Assembly: GCA_041483195.1 (NCBI GenBank)
Contig: JBGPFC010000014.1
Span: 1 to 64,000 of the forward strand
Reading direction: 5' to 3'
Source: Candidatus Eiseniibacteriota bacterium
GTDB taxonomy: Bacteria; Eisenbacteria; RBG-16-71-46
DNA: 64,000 nucleotides
Both the position numbers and the translations under genes were made by a program. Below the pieces are notes generated by a model, which saw only the letters and a program-made list of their open reading frames with translations, ran no database searches and had not been told where the DNA came from. Below, one piece after another: positions 18,501 through 28,318 of this stretch; positions within the stretch are counted from its first letter, which is position 1; each line of letters begins with the position of its first letter.

Positions 18501-19028
18501 GGCGCGAGCCTGTGCTTCTTCAAGAGCGCCACGAAGAACGGGTCGGAGCGAAACGGATCGAGCGCGGGGTTCTGGAGAACGGAGAACAACCCGGCGTCGG
18601 GACCCGCGAAGGCTCTTCCCAGCCAGACCATGACACTGTCCCGTTTGCCGATATGTGCATAGAGGATCGCGAAGAAACTGGCAGGCACGTACGACCTCGA
18701 AGCGCGGAGCTTCATTCGCTCGAGCAGCAATCTCCAGTACGCGGACTCGTCGCCCCGGGTGAGAGCGGCGCGAATTCCAGGGTCCTGGTAGATCCAGACG
18801 TTGATCGAGTCACTCTGATCGAACTCCGCGAGGGCGGCAACATACTCCTTCTTGGCCACCAGGCTGCGAGCCAGCTGCAGGTGTGCCACCGGAGACTGCG
18901 GATCGAGCTCGAGTGCCTCCCGGGCGGCGACGGCCGCCTCGTCATACCGGCGTTGCCACTGCAACAGCTGCGAGCGGTTCCAGAGGATGACCGGTGAGAG
19001 CGGATCGAGTGCCTGCGGTCAGCGGCAT
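18497..19028 (-). pseudogene. Ser/Thr kinase-TPR gene with kinase domain deleted
   Basis: ATG 19028 MPLTAGTR (same start as the 1998 kinase) joined out of frame to LDPLSPVILWNRSQLLQWQRRYDEA...DPFRSDPFF TPR tail. Confidence 0.75.
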
Positions 19029-19066
19029 CGCGTCAATGTGCCATAGACACCGGGCGGTTAGAAGGA
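19006..19066. repeat. Direct repeat copy 2 of kinase 5' end/upstream region
   Basis: Aligns with 1976-2037 at an offset of 17030. Confidence 0.85.
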
Positions 19067-19334
19067 GGCGTGATGCTCCGAGGTCTGGTCGCCACTTGGT
19101 CGCGTGGAGGCCCGGAAATCTGCCCGCTAGACGGGGGTCGCGCTTGGCCGAGAATCGGGAAGCAGACCACGAGCTCTCACGACCCTCCGGCCCGCCTCCG
19201 ATGCTTGCATTCTGCCCGCCCGCAGATAGCGCACCGTCGAAGAACAATTCGATGTCGAGACTAACGGGATCAGCCGATGACCGGGAATAACCCCTCGAAC
19301 CCAAACTTTTTCGGTGAATTCCGAGGGGGATATC

Positions 19335-20414
19335 ATGCCGGTTGGAGTGCAGATCCTCGCAGTCGATGACAATCCCCGCAATCTGGCCATCCTCCAGCGG
19401 TGCCTCGGACAAGAGTTCGATCTGACCCAGGCCGTCTCGGGTCAGGAAGCTCTCGAGATCGCGACCCGTCTACGCCCCGATGTCATCCTGCTCGACATCA
19501 TGATGCCAGGGCTCGACGGTTACGAGACTTGCCGTCGGCTCCGAGGCATCCCGGAGGTCGCGGGCACGAAGATCATCATGGTTTCGGCCAAGGCAATGAC
19601 CTCGGAGCGTCTGGAAGGTTACGCCGCGGGCGCGGATGACTACATCGTCAAGCCGTTCGACTCGGACGAGCTCATCTCCAAGGTGCGTGTGTATGCCCGC
19701 CTCAAGTCCGTCGAAGAAGTCGATCGGCTGAAGTCGGACTTGTTGGATCTCCTCAGCCACGAGACCGGCACTCCCCTCACCGGCATCATGGGGGGCCTCG
19801 CTCTGCTGCGCGATGATTCGAGTCTGTCGAAAGAACAGCTCGAGCTCCTGGAAGTGGCGGAAGTGAGCACCCTGCGGCTCCAGGCGCTGGTGAAGCGGGT
19901 CTGCCTGATCGCCCAGCTCAAGGCTCGCACGATGCCGGTGATTCGCGAGCCATTCGACCTTCGCGATCTGGTTGCGAATGCTCTCGAGGCTGTGCACGGC
20001 CAGGCAGAAAAGGCGAGGGTCAAGATGATGCTGGAGCCGGGAGAATCCGTGCCCGCCTCGGGGGATGTCAGCCTCCTGCTCTGGGTCGTGGAAGCGTTGC
20101 TCGAGAATGCGATCCGCCTGAGCCCGCGGGACGGTCTGGTCTCCGTGCACGTGGGGCTCGAGGCATCGGGCCCCTGTCTCTCGGTTTCCGATCAGGGCCC
20201 CGGGATCGAACCGGAGTTGCTGCCGCGCATCTTCCAGGAGTTCGTGGTGGCCGATATCAAACACCACAAGAAAGGCAGCGGCTTGAGCCTCGCGGCCGCA
20301 CGCCTGGTCGCCGAGAATCACGGTGGCACGCTTTCAGTGGAAACTGAGCTGGGACGCGGCTCGGTGTTCCACTTGAAGCTCGCCCCATACCTTGGCGCGG
20401 CTCTCGCCGCCTGA
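19335..20414 (+). CDS. Hybrid response regulator receiver-histidine kinase
   Basis: VDD, LLDIMMP, KPF receiver motifs; H-box SHETGTPL; N, G1 (DQGPGI), G2 (GSGLSL) boxes. Confidence 0.9.
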   Translation: MPVGVQILAVDDNPRNLAILQRCLGQEFDLTQAVSGQEALEIATRLRPDVILLDIMMPGLDGYETCRRLRGIPEVAGTKIIMVSAKAMTSERLEGYAAGADDYIVKPFDSDELISKVRVYARLKSVEEVDRLKSDLLDLLSHETGTPLTGIMGGLALLRDDSSLSKEQLELLEVAEVSTLRLQALVKRVCLIAQLKARTMPVIREPFDLRDLVANALEAVHGQAEKARVKMMLEPGESVPASGDVSLLLWVVEALLENAIRLSPRDGLVSVHVGLEASGPCLSVSDQGPGIEPELLPRIFQEFVVADIKHHKKGSGLSLAAARLVAENHGGTLSVETELGRGSVFHLKLAPYLGAALAA

Positions 20415-20422
20415 GGGCCGCA

Positions 20423-22276
20423 ATGTTGGAAGCCCAACCCCCTCCCCCAAGCGGTGCTGGCGCGAAGCGGCCCCGCTTGATCAGCGTGCAGTTCCGAATC
20501 ACGCTGATGCTCGCCGTCACCGCTGCCGCGTTCATCTGCCTGCTGATGCTGATTCAGGGCGGCTGGGGCCGGCAGGTCGATCTCCTGCTCCACGACCGGG
20601 TGGAGGAGACCGATCGCGTGCTGCGCCGGGTGATCGCGCTGCGTGCCAATGGCGCCCGGCTCCACGCCGACGACTACACGCGCTGGGACGATTTGGTCAA
20701 CTTCGCGCGCGAGCGGAACCCCCACTGGGGGGACGTCTACATCACCCAGAGCATCACCACCTTCAGCCTGGATTTCGCCTGGGTGCTGGACGAGCAATTC
20801 AATGTCATCTTCACGGCCAACCCCGGAAACGACCCGTCGGGCGCCCCGCTGCTGGTGCCCGCGCCGGCACTCGCCGCGGCCTTGCGTGCGGCACCCATCC
20901 GACATTTCTTCGTCCGGACGCCGCGCGGGCTATTGGAGATCTGGACGTCGCCCATTCAACCGTCGGATGATTTCGAGCGGAAGACTCGGATCCACGGCTA
21001 CTACGTGATTGGCCGCCTCTGGACGCCAGCGCGCATCGCCGACCTGGGCCGGGACGGCAATGGCCGGGCGCGCCTGGTTCTCGGCGAGACGCCTCCGCCT
21101 CCATCCACGGTCTCCGCCCATACCGGGATGATCTCAGTCGCGGTGCCGCTCCCGGGGATCGATGGCTCACCGGTGGCGACTGTCTTGTTCGAGACCACCC
21201 TCCCGATGGTCTCCCAGGTCTATGACACGCTACGGATCTCCGCGCTCCTCAACTTCGCGGGGGTGCTCGTCATCATCCTGGCCATTGGCTGGGCCCTGAG
21301 CCACTGGGTCAGCCATCCCATCGCCACCATCACCGAAGCCCTGCACCAGCAGAATCCCACGCTCCTTGCTTCGTCAGCGCAGCGCCAGGACGAGCTCGGC
21401 CGTCTGGCCCGGCTGGTGGAGGAATTCTTCGTGCAGCGCGAAAGACTGATCGAGGCAAGGGAAGCGGCGACCCAGGCAACGGCGGCAAAGTCCCAATTCC
21501 TCGCCAATATCTCCCACGAGCTGCGGACTCCCATGCACGGGATCCTGAGCTACTCACGCTTCGGCCTGAAAGGGGCGATGTCGGCACCGCGTGAGCAGCT
21601 TCTCGACGACTTCAAGAACATCGAGTCCTGCGGCACCAGCCTGCTCAGTCTCCTCGATGATCTCCTTGATCTGGCGAAGTTCGAGGCCGGGCGTATGCGG
21701 CTCGAGTTCGCACCGACCGCGCTCGAGGAAATCGTCGCCGATGCCGTGGATGAGTTTGCGTCCGCCTATCACGAGAAGGGGCTACGCGCCGAAATCTGTG
21801 CCGAGAACACGCTCGAGCCCGCGGTCGTGGACCGCCGCAGGATTCTGCAGGTGATGCGCAACTTGCTCTCGAACGCCGGAAAGTTCAGCGCCGCCGGTGG
21901 AATCGTGCGGGTTCGGATCGCGACCTCGGCGGGGCGTGCGCGGGTCGTGGTCGAGGATTCCGGAACGGGAATCCCGGCGAGTGAGGTCGAACTGATCTTC
22001 GAGAATTTCGAGCAGGCCAGCAACGCCAAGGCTCAGTCCGGAGGCACCGGCCTCGGGCTCGCGATCTGTCGCGAAATACTCGAAGCCCATGGGGGCCGCA
22101 TCTGGGCCGAGAACCGGCCGGAAGGGGGTGCGTCCATCATCTTCGAACTGCCGCTCGAAGGCCCGCCCGTCGCTGACGAACAGGATGTTCTGCAGACGAA
22201 TCGCGGTCACGAGCAGATCTCCCTCATCACTCGTTCCCGTGCCACCCCCGACCCAGAAGGAAGGACTGCCGCTTGA
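20423..22276 (+). CDS. Membrane sensor histidine kinase (CHASE4-like periplasmic domain, HAMP)
   Basis: Two TMs, DYTRWDD, SHELRTP, NLLSNAGKF, GGTGLGL. Confidence 0.9.
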   Translation: MLEAQPPPPSGAGAKRPRLISVQFRITLMLAVTAAAFICLLMLIQGGWGRQVDLLLHDRVEETDRVLRRVIALRANGARLHADDYTRWDDLVNFARERNPHWGDVYITQSITTFSLDFAWVLDEQFNVIFTANPGNDPSGAPLLVPAPALAAALRAAPIRHFFVRTPRGLLEIWTSPIQPSDDFERKTRIHGYYVIGRLWTPARIADLGRDGNGRARLVLGETPPPPSTVSAHTGMISVAVPLPGIDGSPVATVLFETTLPMVSQVYDTLRISALLNFAGVLVIILAIGWALSHWVSHPIATITEALHQQNPTLLASSAQRQDELGRLARLVEEFFVQRERLIEAREAATQATAAKSQFLANISHELRTPMHGILSYSRFGLKGAMSAPREQLLDDFKNIESCGTSLLSLLDDLLDLAKFEAGRMRLEFAPTALEEIVADAVDEFASAYHEKGLRAEICAENTLEPAVVDRRRILQVMRNLLSNAGKFSAAGGIVRVRIATSAGRARVVVEDSGTGIPASEVELIFENFEQASNAKAQSGGTGLGLAICREILEAHGGRIWAENRPEGGASIIFELPLEGPPVADEQDVLQTNRGHEQISLITRSRATPDPEGRTAA

Positions 22277-22998
22277 GACCCACCCATTGTTGGTTTTTCG
22301 CCTCACTCATCGTGTGCGGAGCTGGGGCAGACCCCGGGGTGCCCGGCGCCGCGGAGGATGCCTCGTCCGACTCACTTGCGGAGGCGCCCATCGCGTGGAA
22401 TGCGACCTACGCGTCCTGGTACAGCTTCCAGGGGCTGGACTACAGCCAGCGGCGGCCAGTTCTTCAGCCACAGGTGTCGGGATCGCTGCGGGGATTCACG
22501 CTGACGGCCTGGGGCAACATGGACCAGACCCGCCGGGAACTCAACGAGATCGATATTAGCCTGCAGCAGGATTGGGGCCTGAGGGCGGTGTCGGTTGGCC
22601 TCGGCTACGCCCGGCTTCAGTATCCCCATCGTGACTGGGAACCGACTCAGGAAGTACTCGCGGAGCTGACCGCTGAGGCACCGCTCCATCCGTCGCTGAG
22701 CGTCCATTGGGACGTGGCGGCGGGATCGGGGCGCTACTGGGCGCTGGGAGTGAACCATGCGATTCCCTGGCAGCAGGGTTCGGTGGCGCTCGCTACCCAC
22801 CTGTATTTCCAGGAACACTACTACGAGTTGACGGGGATCCCCGCGCTGGAAACCAGTCTGTGCGCCAGCACTGCCTGGGCGGGAATTTCGGTCCAGCCGA
22901 CGCTATCGCGCTTCTGGACCTGGCCCAATGGTGACTTCCGCAACGACCAGGCCATTCGAGGAGGATGGGCGCTCAGTCTTCTATGCTCTTCCCGATGA
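22273..22998 (+). CDS. Putative outer-membrane porin-like protein (TorF/Gcw_chp-like)
   Basis: SWYSFQGLDYS..PVLQP..AWGN..EID pattern; overlaps the HK stop. Confidence 0.55.
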   Translation: MRPTHCWFFASLIVCGAGADPGVPGAAEDASSDSLAEAPIAWNATYASWYSFQGLDYSQRRPVLQPQVSGSLRGFTLTAWGNMDQTRRELNEIDISLQQDWGLRAVSVGLGYARLQYPHRDWEPTQEVLAELTAEAPLHPSLSVHWDVAAGSGRYWALGVNHAIPWQQGSVALATHLYFQEHYYELTGIPALETSLCASTAWAGISVQPTLSRFWTWPNGDFRNDQAIRGGWALSLLCSSR

Positions 22999-23034
22999 TG
23001 GTTCATTCGCGACATTGGCGAATTCCCGCGCCGC

Positions 23035-25602
23035 CTACTTCGCGGGGTCGAGCTTCAGGCGCCACTTCGCCGCCCGGTCCGCCTGACCTAAGCGCTCGTA
23101 GACCTGGACCAGCAGCGCGACCGAGCGCTGCACGCCGTGGTCGTGCACGTCCGCGGGCGCGAGCAGGATGTCGTGGGCTTGCAGCAGCTGGGATTCGGCT
23201 TCGCGAAATTTGCCGAGACCGATGAGCGCCTCGGCGTATGCCAGCGTCGTGATGCCGGTTCCGAAGAACCCGGCGGGCAGCACCTTCTTCGACGTGGCGA
23301 GCGCCTTCGCGAGGATCGCCTCGGCCTCCGTGAACTTCCGGCGCGCGTTGTAGAGCCGCCCGAGATTGGTCATCGACACGAGGATGTCGGGATGTTCATC
23401 GCCGAGCAGCCGGCGGCTGGTCTCGTAGTCTTCGAGATAGAGCGGCTCCGCCGCGTCCGGCCGTCCCATCCTCACGTAGAGCACGGCCAGGTTGTTGACC
23501 GACGTCATGGTCTCGGAATCCTCGTTGCCGAGCACGCGGCGGCGCAGGGCCAGCGCTCTCGTTCCCAGCGACTCGGCCAGTGGGTACTTCTCGTCGTTCG
23601 TGAGTGCCCACGAGTAGTTGCTCATGATCGTCAGCGTGAAGCGATCGTCGTCGCCGCGCAGTCGGCGGTACGCCTCGAGGTCGATCGCGTACAGGCTCTC
23701 CGCGGTGGCGAGTCGGCCCGTGTCCCCATAGAGCATGGCGAGGTCGTTCATGGTTCCCAGCACCTCGGCGTTCTCGAGGCCGAGCGCCTTGCGTTGTCTC
23801 TCGAGCGTGGAAGCCAACAGCGGCTCGGCTTCCTCGGTGCGTCCCTGGTTCATGTAGAGGCCCGCGAGCGAGCGGGCGGTCTTCAGCGTCTCCATGGCAT
23901 CGCGGCCGAGCAGGCTGTCGAACAGGGCGCGCGCTCGGACGAGGGGTGGCTCCGCCTTCTCGTACATCCCGATCTTGAAATAGGTCTCGCCGATGGAGCG
24001 GAGGAGTTGAGCCTGCAGCGGCGGCTGCGCTGCGAACTGCGTCTTCGCCGTCTCGATGGCGCGCTCGAGGATGTTCCGGTCGATCACCTGCAGCGCGGCG
24101 TCCGTCGTATTGATGTCGTTCATGTACGAGCGGAAGGAGGCCAGTGCGCTCTCGACCTCGCGGGGCGATGCGCCCTGCTCCTGGCGAGTCTTCCGCAGCC
24201 GCGAGTCCAGGTCGTCCTCCAGGCCGCGCCCCATCTTCTGAGCGTCGATCTCGCCCAGCATGTTCGCCTGGAACTCGGCGACCGCCTGCGTGTCCTTCTG
24301 CGCCTTTTCGGCAGCGCGCCGCTGGCTCGCCTCGCGGAGGCCGAACGTCGTCGACACCACGATGCCGGCGATCAGCGCGAGCAGGGTCGCCGCCACACCC
24401 GCCACCAGCGTGCGGTTGCGGCGCGCGAACTTGCGCAGCTGGTACATCGAACTGGGTGCGCGGGCCAGGATCGGCCGTGAATCCAGATAGCGCTCGACGT
24501 CTTCGGCGAGCGCGGCTGCGCTGCCGTAGCGGCGGTCGGCCTCCTTCTCGAGCGCCTTGCCGACGATCGTCTGCAGGTCGGCATCCGGGCCGCGCGCCCC
24601 GCGCCAGGATTGGCGCAGCGTCGTGGGCGGCTGCTCGCAGATGATGCGCACCGACTCCATGATCGAAGTCTTCTGCGTGTCGTAGGGCCGCGATCCCGTC
24701 AGCATCTCGTAGAGGATGACGCCGAGCGAGTACACGTCGCTGCGCAGGTCGATCTCGTCGGGATTGCCGCGCGCCTGCTCCGGGCTCATGTAGGGGAGCG
24801 TGCCCTTGATGACGCCGATCTCGGATACGGCGGTCGCCGCCTCGACGTCGGCGCCCGTAATGCGGGCCAGCCCGAAATCGAGGATCTTGATCTCGGGCAA
24901 CGCGCCGGCGGCGCCGCCCTCCGCGTCAGATACCACGATGTTGGAGGGCTTGAGGTCGCGGTGGATCACGCCCCGCTGATGGGCGTAGTTGACCGCGGCC
25001 GCGACCGTCTGAAATATCCGCAGGCGGAAGCGGAGCTCGCCCTCGTCGAGCCGGCCCGCGCGGCCATGCAGGTACTCGTCGAGGTTCCGGCCGCGCACCA
25101 GCTCCATTGCGAAGAAGTGCTCGCCGGCGTCGGTGCGGCCCGCCTCGTAGATGTTGGCGATGTTGGGGTGCTTGAGGCGCGCGAGCGTGTCGACCTCGCG
25201 CTGGAACATCCTGACGTGCTGCTCGTCGACGAACGTCCCGCCGCGGATGACCTTGAGCGCCACGTGTCGTCGCGGGTGCTCCTGCTCCGCTTCGAACACG
25301 ATCCCCATGCCGCCCTCGCCCAGCTTGCCGACGATCCGGTAGCGCCCGAACGTCTGGGGAACCTGCCGCGTCGCGGACCGATCGGGGCCGCCGGCGTCGG
25401 GCGCCGGCACGTCGGGGTTGCGAGCCACGTCCTTCGAATCGATCGTGGGAGCGTCTTCGTGATTCGGGTCGTGGCCGCGGCGCGCAGGCGGCGGCGGATT
25501 CGAGTCGGGATGCTCCACGATGCCTCGCACGATGGATGGGGTCGCCCGGTGACGCCGGGAACGTTGGCTCCGTACTCGGAGCATGCCGAAGCGGGATCGC
25601 AC
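23035..25602 (-). CDS. Ser/Thr protein kinase with TM and TPR repeats (true start probably slightly downstream)
   Basis: LGEGGMG, VALK, HRDLKPSN, DFGLA, YMSPEQ; C-terminal LGxEHPD-type TPRs. Confidence 0.92.
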   Translation of the reverse strand: MRSRFGMLRVRSQRSRRHRATPSIVRGIVEHPDSNPPPPARRGHDPNHEDAPTIDSKDVARNPDVPAPDAGGPDRSATRQVPQTFGRYRIVGKLGEGGMGIVFEAEQEHPRRHVALKVIRGGTFVDEQHVRMFQREVDTLARLKHPNIANIYEAGRTDAGEHFFAMELVRGRNLDEYLHGRAGRLDEGELRFRLRIFQTVAAAVNYAHQRGVIHRDLKPSNIVVSDAEGGAAGALPEIKILDFGLARITGADVEAATAVSEIGVIKGTLPYMSPEQARGNPDEIDLRSDVYSLGVILYEMLTGSRPYDTQKTSIMESVRIICEQPPTTLRQSWRGARGPDADLQTIVGKALEKEADRRYGSAAALAEDVERYLDSRPILARAPSSMYQLRKFARRNRTLVAGVAATLLALIAGIVVSTTFGLREASQRRAAEKAQKDTQAVAEFQANMLGEIDAQKMGRGLEDDLDSRLRKTRQEQGASPREVESALASFRSYMNDINTTDAALQVIDRNILERAIETAKTQFAAQPPLQAQLLRSIGETYFKIGMYEKAEPPLVRARALFDSLLGRDAMETLKTARSLAGLYMNQGRTEEAEPLLASTLERQRKALGLENAEVLGTMNDLAMLYGDTGRLATAESLYAIDLEAYRRLRGDDDRFTLTIMSNYSWALTNDEKYPLAESLGTRALALRRRVLGNEDSETMTSVNNLAVLYVRMGRPDAAEPLYLEDYETSRRLLGDEHPDILVSMTNLGRLYNARRKFTEAEAILAKALATSKKVLPAGFFGTGITTLAYAEALIGLGKFREAESQLLQAHDILLAPADVHDHGVQRSVALLVQVYERLGQADRAAKWRLKLDPAK

Positions 25603-25617
25603 CAGCCCGACAGACCG

Positions 25618-26724
25618 CTAGACGATCGCCGCCCCGCTGCCGGCGTCGAACCAATAGAGCCGGTCGAATGGAACATGGAGGCTCACCCGTTCGCCGACCG
25701 AAGGGCCGGCTCCCGCCATGCGTGAGGTCAGGGCTCCGGCGGCCGTGTTCCAGTAGATCAGGACCTCGTTGCCGAGCGGCTCGCGAACGTCGACCGCGGC
25801 TTCGAGCCGAACCCCCGCGCCGTTCGCGGCCGGCGCCAGATCCTCGGGCCGCATGCCGAGCGTCACGGCGCGGCCGCGGTGACCCGCGAGCCCGGCCGGA
25901 GCGGCCTCCGGCACGAACGGCTCGCCGCCCTCGATCGTGACGCGGCCATCCGTTCCGACGCTGGCCGCGACGAAATTCATCGACGGGCTGCCGATGAAGC
26001 CGGCGACGAAGCGGTTGGCGGGCCGGTGGTAGAGGGTCTGCGGATCGGCCATCTGCTGGAGCACGCCGCCCTCGAGCACCGCGATCTGCTCTCCCAGCGT
26101 CATGGCCTCGACCTGGTCGTGCGTAACGTAGATCATGGTCGCCCCGAGCCGCCGGTGCAGGCGGTGAATCTCGCCGCGCATCTGAACCCTCAGCCTGGCG
26201 TCGAGGTTGGAGAGCGGCTCGTCGAACAGGAACACCTGCGGGCGGCGCACCATCGCGCGGCCGAGCGCGACCCGCTGGCGCTCGCCCCCCGACAGCTCGC
26301 GCGGGCGCCGCTCGAGCTTCTCCTCGAGCCCGAGCATCGCGGCGGTGTCGCGCACCGTGGACTCCACCTCGGCGCGCGGGCGCTTCTTCATCGTGAGCGC
26401 GAACGCCATGTTCTCGAAAACGGTCATGTGCGGATAGAGGGCGTAGTTCTGGAACACCATCGCGACGTCGCGCTCCTTGGGCGGCAGGTCGTTGACCACG
26501 CGATCGCCGATCCGGATCTCGCCCTCCGAGATGTCCTCGAGCCCGGCGATCATGCGCAGCACGCTCGATTTTCCGCAGCCGGAGGGGCCGACCAGCACCA
26601 GCAGCCGGCCGGGGTCGATCGTGAGGCTGACACGATCCACCGCGCGCTGGCCGTTGGCGTAGAGCTTGGATACCGAGACGAGTTCGACACCGCGGATCGC
26701 CTGTCGCTCCGGGGGCCGCTCCAT
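25618..26724 (-). CDS. Sugar ABC transporter ATP-binding subunit (MalK/UgpC/MsmK-like)
   Basis: GPSGCGKS, VFQNYALYPH, LSGGERQR, DEPLSNLD, TOBE-like tail. Confidence 0.95.
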   Translation of the reverse strand: MERPPERQAIRGVELVSVSKLYANGQRAVDRVSLTIDPGRLLVLVGPSGCGKSSVLRMIAGLEDISEGEIRIGDRVVNDLPPKERDVAMVFQNYALYPHMTVFENMAFALTMKKRPRAEVESTVRDTAAMLGLEEKLERRPRELSGGERQRVALGRAMVRRPQVFLFDEPLSNLDARLRVQMRGEIHRLHRRLGATMIYVTHDQVEAMTLGEQIAVLEGGVLQQMADPQTLYHRPANRFVAGFIGSPSMNFVAASVGTDGRVTIEGGEPFVPEAAPAGLAGHRGRAVTLGMRPEDLAPAANGAGVRLEAAVDVREPLGNEVLIYWNTAAGALTSRMAGAGPSVGERVSLHVPFDRLYWFDAGSGAAIV

Positions 26725-26725
26725 C

Positions 26726-28318
26726 TCAGCGCACCACCGCGACCCTTCGAGCGACCACTCGCCCGTTCCACTCGAGGCGCGCGAAGTAGATCCCGGGCGA
26801 GAGCGCCCGCGCGGGCGCCGCCACGGTGTGATCGCCGGCGGTGTTCGGCCCATCGAGCACCTCGCTCACCTCGCGCCCCGCCAGGTCGACGAGCGTGAGG
26901 CGCACGTGTCCCGCCGCCGGCAGGCGGAAGCGGAGCGTGAAGCCGGCCTGCGACGGATTCGGAGAGGGCGGCGCGAGCTCGAGGGCCGAAGCGGCGCGGA
27001 ACGGCTCGCCCACCGCGGTCGTCGTGAGGAAGCCGGCGCGCGCGAGTCCGGTCTGGATCCAGCTGTTCCTCATGAAGCGCTGCCACACCCGGCCGGTGCG
27101 GTAGTTCTCGATCATGATCAGGATCGGGCCCTGGTCGATCCCGAGCACGTCGGTGTCGTACCAGTTCAGGGTCGGGTTGAACGCGTCCTTGAAGCCGTAG
27201 GGCCCCCACAGCAGCGGGTAGTTGTCGTAGAGGTTGTGCAGCGTCGGGATCACGATCTCGGGCGCGAACGCGATCGATGAAGCGGCCGCGGTGGGCGTGA
27301 TCGTGCCGTCGTCGTTCTGGGCGGGCGGCGCGCCGCGCGCCGAATAACCCGTGGGCACGTCGCTCGCCGTGAGGCCCCACAGCACATTGCTGTAGCCGGT
27401 CCAGCCCCCGGGGTTGTCGATGCAGTAGGCCTGCTGCGCGAGGGTCGCGCGCCGCGAGTTGGCGAAGTAATCGAAATTGCGGGCGCTGGTGTAGGCGTCC
27501 GCCTTGTAGCGGAAGTCCACCCAGCAGTGCGAGTACTGGTGCCCGAACAGCGGCGGAAAGACGATGAAGGTCTGACCGTAGTAGGTCGCGTAGTCGTAGG
27601 TGCCGGTCCAGTACGCCCAGTTATTGGTGGGCACCGGGAACGTCGGCGAGCCGAGCGCGAGCAGGTAGAGGATCATCGCCTCGTTGTAGCCCTGCCAGCG
27701 ACCGAAGCTATTGAAGCCTCCGCCCGGCGCGGGCTTCCACCCCATGTAGATCCCGGTTCCGAAGTTCCGCATGATGTCCCAGTTGCAGCGCCGCACGATC
27801 GAGTCGGCATAGGCGCGCACCAGCGAGTCCTGGGGATCGGCGGTGTCGAAGTACTCGCGCACGTCGATGATGCCCGCCATCAGCAGCGCGGTATCGATGG
27901 TGGAGAGTTCGCTGTCCCAGGTGCGGGTCGCGGTGGTCATGTCGAGCCAGTGATAGAAGAGGCCGAGGTAGCCGATCTTGCCGCTCGCCGCGCTCCCCTG
28001 CGGGCCGTTGCGGAAGGTGGCGAGCGTGGTGAGCACCCGGTTGCGGCCATCGGTGCGCGTGACCCAGCCGTGGTCGATGCCGATCGCGATCGCGCTCAGG
28101 CCGAAGCCGGTGCACGCGATGCTCGAGACCGAGCCCGGCGTGCTCCGGTCCTTCACCAGGCCGTTGGCGGGATTGGCCTCGATCCAGAAGTAGTTGAAGG
28201 CGCTGTGCTGGAGGGTGTCGAGCAACGCCGGGGTGGTCAGCGCGCGCGCGGGCGCCGCCGACAACGCAACGGCGAGTGCGAGGAGGGTGGCCGGGCGGAG
28301 CAGGCGGTACGGGCTCAA
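26726..28318 (-). CDS. Secreted GH144-like (glycoamylase-domain) glycoside hydrolase with T9SS-type CTD
   Basis: TTG start overlapping upstream TGA; ELSTIDTALL, GYNEAM, PLFGHQYSH, WGLTAS, YGFKDAFN, IDQGP; CTD PSPNP...PGIYFARL. Confidence 0.85.
   Translation of the reverse strand: MSPYRLLRPATLLALAVALSAAPARALTTPALLDTLQHSAFNYFWIEANPANGLVKDRSTPGSVSSIACTGFGLSAIAIGIDHGWVTRTDGRNRVLTTLATFRNGPQGSAASGKIGYLGLFYHWLDMTTATRTWDSELSTIDTALLMAGIIDVREYFDTADPQDSLVRAYADSIVRRCNWDIMRNFGTGIYMGWKPAPGGGFNSFGRWQGYNEAMILYLLALGSPTFPVPTNNWAYWTGTYDYATYYGQTFIVFPPLFGHQYSHCWVDFRYKADAYTSARNFDYFANSRRATLAQQAYCIDNPGGWTGYSNVLWGLTASDVPTGYSARGAPPAQNDDGTITPTAAASSIAFAPEIVIPTLHNLYDNYPLLWGPYGFKDAFNPTLNWYDTDVLGIDQGPILIMIENYRTGRVWQRFMRNSWIQTGLARAGFLTTTAVGEPFRAASALELAPPSPNPSQAGFTLRFRLPAAGHVRLTLVDLAGREVSEVLDGPNTAGDHTVAAPARALSPGIYFARLEWNGRVVARRVAVVR

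Noticed and set aside
1579..19028. One kinase gene split by a 17-kb insertion
   Set aside because: On the minus strand the TPR tail lies upstream of the N-lobe fragment and each piece has its own start; they are two paralogues
19255..19281. Sigma-28 promoter (GCCGATGA) upstream of the two-component genes
   Set aside because: No convincing -35 at the proper spacing
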